NCBI GenBank assembly: GCA_050230475.1
Contig: JBFLGF010000063.1
Location: 1 to 64,000 of the forward strand
Reading direction: 5' to 3'
DNA length: 64,000 nt
From: Ancylonema sp.
Taxonomy: Eukaryota
Position 1 is the first letter of the stretch. Each line of letters starts with the position of its first letter. The position numbers and the translations under genes were made by a program. This document shows, one piece after another, positions 24,859 to 36,346 of this stretch. Below the pieces are notes generated by a model that saw nothing but the letters and a program-made list of their open reading frames with translations, was not told where the DNA came from and made no database searches.

Positions 24859-27800
24859 TGTGCCTATAAAGAGGGGAAATATGTAGATTACTGTTTTTGA
24901 TATTTGTGATTGTAAGAATGTTTCAGTGAAGAAATGAGGTAATTCGGAGCTGTATCGAGGGAGTTACCGATTTTAGAAGTTAGGGGTAATTTTGGTGCTA
25001 CAAGACGCTACAAGACGCTTTTTGGTTGGTAACTTTAGATTGATGTAACTTTTGCATCTGTGGTCGGATTCGAGTGATTTTTGGTGTGATGTGTTTCTTT
25101 TATATAGTATCACGTTTCTAGAGATTTCCAGGAGTGTTTGACAGATGTCGGTTTTTAGTCAACATTCAGATGACTCACTAGCCACGGGGGTAGTTTCTGA
25201 AGCCACGTGTATAGGCTTAGAAGGCTGTGGCTGTCGATCACAGAAGTGTATCTTTTAGGGTTTCCTCTGAATTTTTTTGTGTTGCAATAAGGGTCGCTGA
25301 CCCATATTTTTTCGAGTAATCGCCTTTTGAACAATATTGTTTGTGTCTCAAGGATTCAATAATTGTGTTGTGGTGATTTGCATACTAAGAATGTTGTGTC
25401 TTTGTTAAGCACGATTCTTTGCATATCGATGTCTTCGTATGGTATCAGAGAAAGTGGTGGAGAAGGTTCCAGAAAAAACTACTTCAATGGAAAGAATTAT
25501 GGGCCATGGAGTACAGAAGTTGCCGCGGCTTTGGATGAGGTCGATGCGTTGAGATTGACGTTGCGCAAAGAACTTCCTCCGGCTGAAGTTGTGGCAACAA
25601 CTGACATGCTAGGTCAGGTGACAAATCAGGTTGCTATGGATGCAAATTTGGCTGCGCTCGGGGATTATATTAAGTGGTTCAAGAAGGGAATTTCTATATT
25701 GACGCTTTCTATCGATGACAATCTGGTCGAGCTACCGAATTCGGTACCTCGCCATCCGGCTGAAATCTGGGAGAAAATAGAGAGAGATTACAATAAGGTC
25801 TCGGCTGGTGCGAAGCAACAAGTGAAGTAAGAGCTTCGTGATTTCTCGGTCGATCCAAAGGAATATTCAGTGAAAATTCAGCATAGGCTAGAGCTACTCG
25901 TCGGGAAGTGTAGGAAAAATAAGTATTTCCCCGATGACGAGGATGTGGCTATGGTCCTGTTGGACGCGCTAGACGACAGTTATGAAGCGCTCAGAAATAC
26001 CTGCTGGGCGTCTTCACCACTGACCTCTATCGACTGGATCTATTCACAAATTGAGGATCGACATCGACGACAAAAGAATTCACACGGTGCGCCCATGGCG
26101 CCTTCTTCTCCGCTGCCGCGGAGAAGAAGGCGTTCGCTGATGCGGAGGCCTACTACAGTGGTGGTGGTGGTCGAGGCGGTCGGAGTGATCGCGGAAGGGG
26201 TCGGAGTGGCCCTCGAGATGGAGGTCGAAGTGGAGACGCAGCCGGGGCATCATCCCAGAGCCGGGACCCCCACTCACTCAAGGCAGCTGGTCTCCGGAGG
26301 AGGAGACTCTTGCCAAACTTTCCGAGCGTGCGGCCATCACCAACTCCTTCCGCGAGGCTAGGCAGCGGCGCACCTGGATCGGCAAGCTAAAGACCAAGAA
26401 GCAGCCAAAGAAAGTAAAGCAGCTTGCACCCGTAGTTTGGATTGGTCTGGAGCTCAACCAAGCCAGTCCTATGTGCCAGGAGATACAACACGTGACTGCG
26501 CAACAATTTAAGGAGGAGGTGCACGTGGTGGACTTCATGGGGAGTTCGGGGTGCCCCAACCTGATGTTGTGTGTGGAAAACGGCATCCCCTTCAAAAACT
26601 ACTATTTTATAGATATCTCTCCACACATGCATGTGGTGGCCCGGGCAGTGGTGGCCAAGCAGCATGCCCTACACCCTCATCTTATGCGTGCGTCTCCCGT
26701 CCAAGGGTTTGACGTCAGGCCGCCACAAGACGTCCACAAGATCGCCCCCTTAGACCTGGTCAACCACACAGCTAAGTGTGGTTCCATAGACATGATGGCA
26801 TCTTGATTCCCCTGTCAACCCACGAGCAGAGCAAGCCCGCAGCGGGGGCGGCAGGACGCTCGTTTCCCAGTCTTCCTTGACCTCTGCAGGATCCTAAACT
26901 AGTGCCAGACCGAACAACGTGGCCGGCCAGTGAACCACCTCCTTGAGAACGTTTGCATCGACGCTGACGCTGACTAGGCGGCTCTAGCTCATTCGCGTAT
27001 TCTTGGTCGAGTTCTCGATGTGCATCGACGCTCCCCAACTCGGTGGCCTTTCCCACAAGTGGCAACGCTTTTGGACCTACATGTTGGCTCCAAATAAGAT
27101 GGCCCGCGTGTTTCCGGAAGACCACCGTGTCCCCATGCTCGAGGTCTACCTCGACGACGAGCACTATCTAGCCCTTGTATTCTCCTCTGATTAACCTCCA
27201 TACCGCATCTGGAACGTCAAGGGCCAGGACAGAAAGGACCTCCCCACCATTTGTCAGCTACCCCCAGAGCCACGTCTTCTAGTCTGAGGAGAAGGAGATC
27301 TTTTTGGGGTACGATGTGCGATCCTAGTCTTCCACTCCATCCCGTTAGGATCAGACCCCACTCTCAGCTAGACACTCGAGGTGTGTGGTATGAGGGGGGG
27401 GGGGATACATAGTAGTTTTTGGACAACATGGAGACCTCGGCGCTCTTGCTCCCCGTCGAGTTCCATGCGTTGCACTTCGACGCTGCCTTTGAGGAGTTAT
27501 ACTATGACCCCGAGCAGCTATAGCACTATGATACCGGTACTGAAGAGCGTATGCACCTCCACAAGGTGGCCCTCATGGTGGAGGACTTGATCCGACTTCT
27601 TGCACGAGCACGAGCAAACCAAGAGGGAGCAGCCGCTGCGTGACATGCTTAACGACTAGCATATCTTCATGGCGGCTGCTGACATCGAGGGTGCGTGAAA
27701 GCTAGGGGGAGACTGTCTAAGGCGAAGAAGCAAAAGCTGGTGTATTTTCTGAAGGGCCACAAAGGTGACTTCGCCTACTGGGGGGCTTCATTAGCGCGCC

Positions 27801-28608
27801 CATGGAGATCCCCCTCACTACAGATCGGCCTATGTTTTCTCACGCCCACAAGTTGGGCAAGACGGAGTGGGACTTCGTGGGAGAGAACTTCTCGAAGCTG
27901 GAGCAACAGGGCCTGATCCGACCCTCCCACTAGTCTAAGTATGCTAGTGCCGCAGTGGTGGTGCGCAAGCGGGACGAGGATGGAGCCTACACAAATTTGC
28001 GGCAGTGCGGTGACTACCAGCCTATCAGCGGTTAGACCAACCTGGACCCCTACCCCCTTCCTACGATAAAAGACATCTTTCACTAGCTGCAAGGGGCGGT
28101 GATTTTCTCCAAACTCGACCAGAAGTTTGGCTATCACCAAGTGCCACTGGCTGAGCACGACCAGTGCAAGACTTCCTTCTGGAGGATGCGGCGTCAGCTG
28201 TGAGAGTGTAACGTGGTTCCATTCGGCCTCAAGAACGCTCCCCCCTTCTTCCAGCGGCTTATGGATCAGGTGATGGATGTTTTACCCTTCGCCCGTTGTT
28301 ACATTGATGATATCATCATCTGGTCCTCATCCTTTGTCGAACACCTCGAGCACCTCGAGATCGTCTTCAAGCGCCTCCGGGAGTGGGGCCTGAAGATCCA
28401 TCCTAGCAAGTGCCTCTTCGGCGCTGAGGAGGTGAAATTCCTCGGACACTGTGTGAACCGGTTTGGAATCCAGGTAGATGGAAAAAGACCCAGGCCATTC
28501 GTGACATGCAGACCCCCTCTAACCTTTATGGGCTGCGCGCGCTACTGGTCCTCTTCTCCTACTACCGCAAGTTCGTTCCTGGCTTCTCCACCATCACAAC
28601 CCCTCTAA
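24859..28608 (+). mobile_element. Chimeric LTR-retrotransposon unit 2: same LTR-like/PBS/Copia gag, then Gypsy C5-methyltransferase and RT; truncated at N 28609
   Basis: 24859-26235 repeats 20793-22165. 27119-28608 repeats 22821-24310, including the same stop codons. Confidence 0.85.
26237..27325 (+). pseudogene. C5-cytosine DNA methyltransferase domain embedded in Gypsy pol
   Basis: VVDFMGSSGC (I), YYFIDIS (II), PQDV (III), DMMAS*FPCQP (IV, PC at 26810-26815), HLLENV (VI, ENV at 26945-26953, same frame), CIDAPQLGGLSHKWQRFWT (VIII, after a frameshift), LPT-FVSYPQSH, and EEKEIFLGY (IX-like). Confidence 0.82.
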
Positions 28609-29056
28609 NAGAAGAGGAATATCGCAATCTAGGAATCATCATAAAGGATATGGTGAAACACCTTGCGGTACCTTCCTACGACTTTCGGGAGTATCACTCG
28701 CTGGAAAAAAAATCGCATTCTTGCATTGCACTCAACTCTGGTGGATTGCCTATGAACATAATTTGCGCGTTGCCGAATCTGGGGGGGGGCATCATTCACC
28801 CTTCCCACATTCATTTTTTCGGAATCCAAGCCTACAACTTTGTCACACGTGCGTGTCGGCATCAAATCAAGGAAAAAACCCGATACCGCATCCACGTGTT
28901 CATGTGCGACTGTATTTTTTGCCATCCACATCGACAATGACGTAATCAAAGCATTACCAGTTTGGGGGGGAGGTCATTTACAATTACAATTCTCACCCGA
29001 TTTCATCGATGCTCGGTTTTTATCACCGACGCTTGGCGAAAGCATTACCAGCATCT

Positions 29057-29725
29057 TCCGAGCAAAGGTCACTATACAGTTGCTCGAGGTACAGTGAGGG
29101 TTGCCACTACAGTCTATCAGGACAGATAAGGGTGGAGAGTATGTGTCTCAGGATTGGATGAAATACTGTGGGGGGAAAGGCATTGATAAACAAACCACAA
29201 ATGCGTACAGGCTTGAGCAGAATGGAATATGTGAGAGACTAAACAGGGCTTTGAAAGAAAAGATGCGTTGTATACTGATCTGGTCAGGTCTACCGAAGTC
29301 TTATTGGGATGTCGCACTCTTGCATGCAAACTGGTTAAGGAACGGACCCCCAACTAAGTCGCTCGCTTGCAAAATACCCATTGAAGTGAGGGAGGGAAAG
29401 AAGCTGAAAATGAACAAAAGTCATAACTTTGGATGTCTGGTGCAATACTTGAAAGTGGGGGTGGACAAGAACAGGCAAGGGGACAAGTTTTCTTCTCGCA
29501 CTTGCTTTGGTGTGTTTTTGGGGATGGTTGCGGGGAGTGGAGGCTACAACGTGTTCGACCCTCATAGGGCGGAGGTGATAGCGCGCACGGACGTGCGGTT
29601 CTTCGAGGAGGTGCCGGGGTACCCGGAACTAATGGGGGGGAGAGCTCCCCAGGTTGAGGTCAACGCAGCAAAACGCTTTTTCTATCTGTTCCCCGACACC
29701 GACGATGAGCCCCCAGCAGCAGTTG
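29057..29725 (+). mobile_element. Copia integrase fragment (left part of the outer, older element)
   Basis: IRTDKGGEY, EQNGICERLNR, SGLPKSYW and FGC; homologous to 32430-33100. Confidence 0.9.
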
Positions 29726-30176
29726 TGTTAGAATATTTTGGATAGCCATATGTTATGCTTGCTAGTCCAGTTGTGACCGGTTACTCTAACCGGGAGCAAT
29801 ATTCTAGATGTGCCTGTAGTCGGGGCCGGGCAAGTTTGTGCCCGGGCACCTGACATGTTTCCGACGCTTAGAGACGTTATTTGGTTGAAGCGTAGTGACT
29901 GGCTTGTTTAGTCGTGTCAGAAATGTCCGGCATGTGCCGTTGACATGTAGAAGAGATGTCAGTCAATGATAGGCCGACGGTCAATTGTGCCGACCGTCGG
30001 CACACAACAATCTGTAAAGCGCATCGGGTATTACCATCCCCGATGCAATCACAATAATAATAATTCGTTCCACACACGCAACTCCTGTCTCGTTGATCAT
30101 CAGTGAAAGAGATCCTTTTGCGTACGTTCGTTTTGTCGCCCACCTATAGGCAAGTCTATTCACTCAAAAGCTTATA
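29726..30176 (+). repeat. 5' LTR
   Basis: TGTTAGAATATTTTGGATAGCC...CACTCAAAAGCTTATA, repeated at 35901. Confidence 0.9.
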
Positions 30177-33100
30177 GGTTATGGGCCCACGTGCGGTCTA
30201 GTTCTGACGCCGTGTTGGTTAAAAACTAAAGGCTCCACGCGATTTCGCTGCGGTAATCTGAACGGTATATTCTGCCAGTGAGCGCAAATATACTCGTAGT
30301 TGTTAAGGTCTGCACGTAATTTTGATATTGCGCTGCAAGTATTTGAGCTGAGTGCTGCAGTGCAGGAATTGCACTGAGAACTCGAGCTGAGCGAGAAATT
30401 TTGTAAAATCCTACACAATAGCTGCCATAATGACGGAATAGGTCGCAAATCCCTCAATTTACTGGAGCTGATTATACAGGATGGGCCTTCAAGGTCAAAG
30501 TATGGGCTGGCGGATAAGAAACTGCACCGTTTGGGTGATGGAGGGACAGTTTGCCGCGAAAGTGTCGCCCAGACGTAATCCTTCCATTGACACCTGAAAC
30601 GAGCTGCAATTTCCGCCAGGGGGATCGACGTGGATGTCGAAGTGTTGGTAGACAGCAGCAGATTTCCCAGCAGCTGCTGGAGCTGGAGAAATGGGACGAG
30701 GATAATCTGCTGCTATGTCGTACATTGTGAAGCACCTGGGACTTCGGAGCTGACGCACGTCACGGACTGCACGACAGCTGCCGGAATGTGGATGCCCTGC
30801 GGACATTCTACCAGGTGCAGGGTGCGATCGAGATCGCAAATACGGAAGCACTGCTGAGCGCGATCATACAGACAGAGGCGGAGGACCTCAACGTATACGT
30901 CAAGCGTCTGCAGCAGCTGCATCAGGACCTTAAGAATCTGGGGGCGCCAGTATCTCCGACGAAGCAGGCGATCAATCTGCTGAACTCGTTAAACACGCAT
31001 TACACTCCAATGGTCTCAACGCTGATGCCATGGTCCGAGTCGTCGCCACACCTCTTCACGATTCCACACATCGTGAGTGCGCTGCTTCGCGACGACGAGC
31101 GGAAAGAGCTGAATGACCGTAAAAGGGGGGCGCTGCCTGGAGGTCACCAAGCGCATTATGGTGGACCTGGGGGGGGGAATGGAGCTGGAGGTAGCAACAG
31201 ATCTGGTGGTGCGACTGGAGCTGGTCGCAGAGACGCTGCAGGCGTCGAATGCTTCGGCTGCCACAAATTCGGGCACATCAGAGCGAACTGCCCTTCACCA
31301 GCTCCTTGCGGAGGCCATGCGGGGCCTTGGAAGTGTCACAGGTGCCACCAGGCAGGCCACCGGCTGCTCAGTGGCCCTGCGTCATCACCAGCAGCTGGAA
31401 ATGTTGCGCACGCTACTCAGGGAAGTTGTTCAGGGGGGAGGCAGAAGTGCAGATATTGCAACATTGTAGGGCAACACAATTGAACATTGTAGAAAAAGAA
31501 CATCTGACATGGCTCCCAATGAACCCAGAAGCTGCTAGGAGGGCAGATGCACAAGCTAGACTTGCTCGCTTTGCTGACAAACCCTTCAACGCTAATGTGG
31601 ATTATTTAGCTTTCGGTGCTTTCTCGTTCGATGTTGCCCGGGCATTGTCTGCTGGTTCACACAGACTCCCTGATCTTCTGGATTCAGGTGCTACCGACCA
31701 CATTTTCACGGCACGTGAACATTTTGTGGAGTACACACCTACCCTGAGCACGCAGAAGGCCTACATCACCACTGCTGACGGCTCGTCACACAAGGTGGAG
31801 GGCACTGGCTTCGTGCACATCCGAGTGAGGAATGGCGACGCTTTTTTTGTGCAGCCACTCAGCTCGATCCACGTCCCAACCTTTGCCTGCACCCTCGTGT
31901 CGACATCGTGCCTCGTCAGAAGAGGTGGGCTGAGCTTTCTACAGCTGCCCACGGGTCCACAATTAAAAAAGGGAAATGTGAAATGGGCTGATGTGCTGCA
32001 GCAGCCTAGTGGTCTGACGCTTGCTGCCACAATCGTGTCATCTCGCATATCGTCATGCCTGGATCTCATGATACAACAGCGAATTTGTCCACAGGCATGG
32101 TCTGGCATCACAAATTTGGGTCACCCCAGTTCTGATGTGATGTCTGATTTCGCCAGACGTGGTGACATCCCAGAGTTAAGTCAGGGAGAATTAACTGAAG
32201 TAAAGGGATGTCAGGTTTGTTGTCAGGGGAAGATGGATTCAACTCAGTCATGCTAAGGTCAGTCCGGATCTGGGGACATGCCCCAAGATGGGTCGCATCC
32301 CACCTGGATCTCATTGGACCACGGTCCGTTAGGTCAGCTAACGGAGGATTTACATATGCTTAGACAGGGAGAGAGGTATCCACACGTCTGTCATTTGTCA
32401 GCTTGTTAAAAACAAAGGATGAAGCACTGAACCGAGCAAGAGTCACTATACAATTGCTCGAGTTATAGTCAGGTTTGCCCCTACAGTCTATACGGACACA
32501 TAAGGGAGGGGAGTATATGTCTCAGGACTGGATAAACTACTGTGGGGGAAAGGGTATTGACAAGCAAACCACAGAAGCACATAGTCCTGAACAAAACGGA
32601 ATCTGTGAAAGACTGAATAGAACATTGACAGAAAAAATGCGATGCATCTTAATCTGGTCAGGTCTACCGAAGTCTTATTGGGATGTGGCATTATTACATG
32701 CAAACTGGTTAAGGAACAGAACACCGACTAAGTCGCTTTCTGGGAGAATTCCAATTGAGGTCTGGGAGGGAAAGAACATGACAGTTAATAAAAGTCATAA
32801 TTTCGGGTGTCTGGTCCAATATCTGAAGGTTGGGGGGGAAAAGAACAGTCAAGGGGACAAGTTTGCCCCTCGCACTTGCTTTGGTGTGTTTCTGGGGATC
32901 GCTGCGGGGAGTGCAGGCTACAATGTTTTCGACCCCCATAGAGCTGGGGTGATATCACGCACGGACGTGCGGTTCTTCGAGGAGGTGCCGGGGTACCCGA
33001 AGCTGATGGGGGGGAGAGCTCCCCAGATTGAGGAGGCAGCAGAAAAACACTTTTTCTACCTTTTCCCCGACCCTGAAGATGAACCAGCTGCAGCAGTTGT

Positions 33101-35900
33101 GCCAGCAGCAGCAGTCCACCCCAACATGCCAGCAGCAGCAGTCCACCCCAACATGCCAGCAGCAGTTCTGCAACCGATGCCAGCAGTTCGCAGCCAATCC
33201 CAGCACCAGCAGAAGCAGCACTCCCTGAGCCAGCAGCTGCCATCGACTATCCGCACGACAACTTCCAGCCACAAGCTGCTGAGGTCCCTCGCCACGATTG
33301 TGCTGTCTGACAGCCAATCAGTCAGGGATCAACAACGCAGGAGGTGGAGATGCAGGGGAGGAGGAGGTGTGCAAGGAGGGGGTGCGAACCCAGGAGTGGG
33401 GGAGCCGGGGAGCCAGGCAGCGTAGCTGATCGGGTGATGGCCAGAAGGCGAGCCAACTTTGCCGAGTATGGGGATCTCTGATGGGGAGGAGTTTGATGAC
33501 GCAGCTCACGCCAACTACTCAGCGACTGAGTGGGAGCCCAGCAGTTTCTACACTGGCTTCAACGGTCCTGTGGATCCGGGCTACGCGTGCGTAGCATCTA
33601 ACAGCAACTCCTCCGAGCCACTCACCCTCAACCATGCGATGATGAGGCCAGACTGGGACTAGTGGGACAGGGCCATTGTGAAAAGAGAGAGCTCGCTGCC
33701 CTGGAGACGTTCAACACCTTTGAGGTGTGTGTGCTTCCTCCAGGTAAAAAGGCTGTGGGGTGCAGATATGTGTTTAAGGTCAAAACAACACCACAGGGGG
33801 ATATTGAAAGATATAAAGTCAGACTGGTCGCACAGGGATTCTTACAGCAAGAGGGTATTGACTATAATGAAGTATTCACCAGTAATCGACAGTACATCTA
33901 TCACCCTACTCCTCTCTATAGTATGACTGGGAACTGGAACAGATGGACGTAATCACAGCGTTCCTGCATGGACGTCTGGAAGAAGAAGTTTACATGAAAA
34001 GACCACCACGTATGGATATCAAGGGGGGTGCTGAGGGAAAGGTCTTACGACTGAAGGGGGCTTTATACGGTCTATAACAGAGTAGCCACGTGTGGCAAGA
34101 GATGTTCAGAAAGTTTATGATATCTGAAGGGTTTACACAATGCGTAATGGACACATGTATATATATGAGGGGGGAAGCAGACAGCAGAATCATACTGGGC
34201 ATACATCATGTAGATGATCAGGTGATCACAGGTCCTAATAACGCAAAATGGTCGTCAAATTTTAAAGAAGATATGGGTAAAAAGTTCAAAGTCAAGGATC
34301 TGGGTCCCCTAACCCATATCCTGGGGGTGGAAGTGAAGAGGGATAGACAGAGAAGACTGCTCACACTGGGACAGTCAGGATTCTTAAGGGGAGTGCTTGA
34401 ACGCTATGGGATGCATGATTGTAATCCAACTAAACTCCCACTCGCCCCTGGAACTCAATTCACACAGAATGATGAACCAACTCTTCCCCCTACCCCTGAA
34501 GAAATAACAGACTTTCGTGGGAAAGTGGGATCTCTCATATATGCCATGAAACAAACCAGACTGGACATCGGGTATGCACTTGGGGTACTGGCAAAACACA
34601 TGGGAAATCCTGGGGTCGCACACATAAGGGCGTTACATCAACTATTCAGATCTTGAAAGGGACTGTGAACCACGGACTGACGTTTGTGGGAAAAGACAGC
34701 TTTGAAGTAAAGGGTTACTGCGATGCATCATGGAACAGTTGCAGCATGACAGGCAAGTCAGTCACAGGATGGGTAACCACGGTTGGGGGGAGAGCACTGA
34801 GTTGGAAGTCGCAGAAGCAGTCCACTGTTGCACAGACTGCTGAGGCTGACTGAATATATCGCTGCCTGTAGTGTATCTAAAGAGTGCTGTTATCTAAAGT
34901 CTCTCTTGAAAAACTCAAATGTCCCACACCAAATCACAATCCACACTGATTCAACCTCAAGCTCTCCATGATCCAGAATCCTGTGCAAAGACAGAAAGCA
35001 AAACATTTTAATGTGGTATATCACTGGGTACGGGGGGGAATGCCACAGCACGGGGAGACTAAAAATATGTGTATCTTGCAGGCGCACATCAACCAGAAGA
35101 TATGCTAACTTAAAGCTCTACCCCAAGTTTTTACTGGACCAGACACAGCAAAAGTCTAAGGTTTTGGACGGTGATACTGAACTGGGGGTGTCAGTACTTT
35201 TCTTTTATTTTTATGATCGAAGGTTTCGAATGCCATGCATGTTGGCAGTGGGTGTGTTGTTATGTTTCTTTTCAGGCAGAAGTAATGGGGAGACACCAAC
35301 TTCAGCTCTCATCCAGCTAAGTCACACTTTCACCTTAATACCTTGAAAAGAACTTAAAAACACTTTAAGATCAGAAAGTGTATCAGAAAGTGTGAATCTG
35401 CTCAACTTTAAACCTTGTCAGTTTGTTTTGAATTTTCGAATGTATGTATGTCCTAATCATTGTTGCAAAACTTGTGTCAAAAGTTGGTGCTGATAGGACT
35501 GGTAATTTTGAAGTTATGCTGTTTTGAGATTATTCTGACTGGAAAGTGTGAAGTTTCAGAATCGTGAAGTTGAAAAAGTTATAAAATCAAAAATATTTTC
35601 ATAATTTTTTTTGTTTTTCGCCTAACTTGTGGTATTTGTTTGTATGTTCAGGGCTCCGGCCCGAAAAACGACTGGAGCGATCGTCTTCTGGAGTTCCGAT
35701 CGGCTTCCGATCGTCTTCCGATCGTCTTCCGAACACGGCTGCTGTTATCGATAGAATCCCCTAGCACGCTTGTATGCTAGGGAAGACTAAAACTGTTTTA
35801 TAGGTTATGCAATGGTTCTGCCATGTTTTGGCAATGACTTGGGTACTCCTTTTTGATGTCTGCATCTATGCCAACTTTAGCATGGCAATCCGAGGGGGTG

Positions 35901-36346
35901 TGTTAGAATATTTTGGATAGCCAATGTATGCGTGCTAGTCCAGTTGTGACCGGTTAATCTAACCGGGAGCAATATTCTAGATGTGCCTGTATGCGGGGCC
36001 GGGCAAGTTTGTGCCCGGGCACCTGACATGTCCGACGCTTAGAGACGTTATTTGTCTGAAGCGTCGTGACTGGCTTGTTTACGTGTCAGAAATGTCCGGC
36101 ATGTGCCGTTGACATGTAGAAGAGCTGTCAGTCAATGATGGCCGACGGTCATTGTGCCGACCGTCGGACGCACAATCTGTAAAGCGCATCGGGTATTACC
36201 ATCCCCGATGCAATCACAATAATAATTCGTTCCACACAACACGCAACTCCTATCTCGTTGATCATCAGTGATAGAGATCCTCTTGACGGTTCGTTTTGTC
36301 GCCCACCTTAATTATTCCGGCAAGTCTAATCACTCAAAAGCTTATA
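35901..36346 (+). repeat. 3' LTR
   Basis: Diverged direct copy of 29726-30176, preceded by a polypurine tract. Confidence 0.9.

Larger units (their letters stand above)
29726..36346 (+). mobile_element. Full-length but degenerate Ty1/Copia LTR retrotransposon (about 6.6 kb)
   Basis: Direct LTRs 29726-30176 and 35901-36346, PBS GGTTATGGGCCCAC at 30177, PPT GAGGGGGTG at 35892-35900. Domain order is gag knuckles (CFGCHKFGHIRANC), PR LDSGATDH, INT, RT (YKVRLVAQGF, HVDD), RNase H (GYCDASW). Confidence 0.93.

Noticed and set aside
28506..28940. ORF continuing the Gypsy RT into unrelated sequence
   Set aside because: It crosses the N at 28609, where homology to unit 1 stops.
28629..28949. Minus-strand VVGLDSE motif suggesting a DEDD 3'-5' exonuclease
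   Set aside because: Single short motif with no downstream exonuclease motifs seen.
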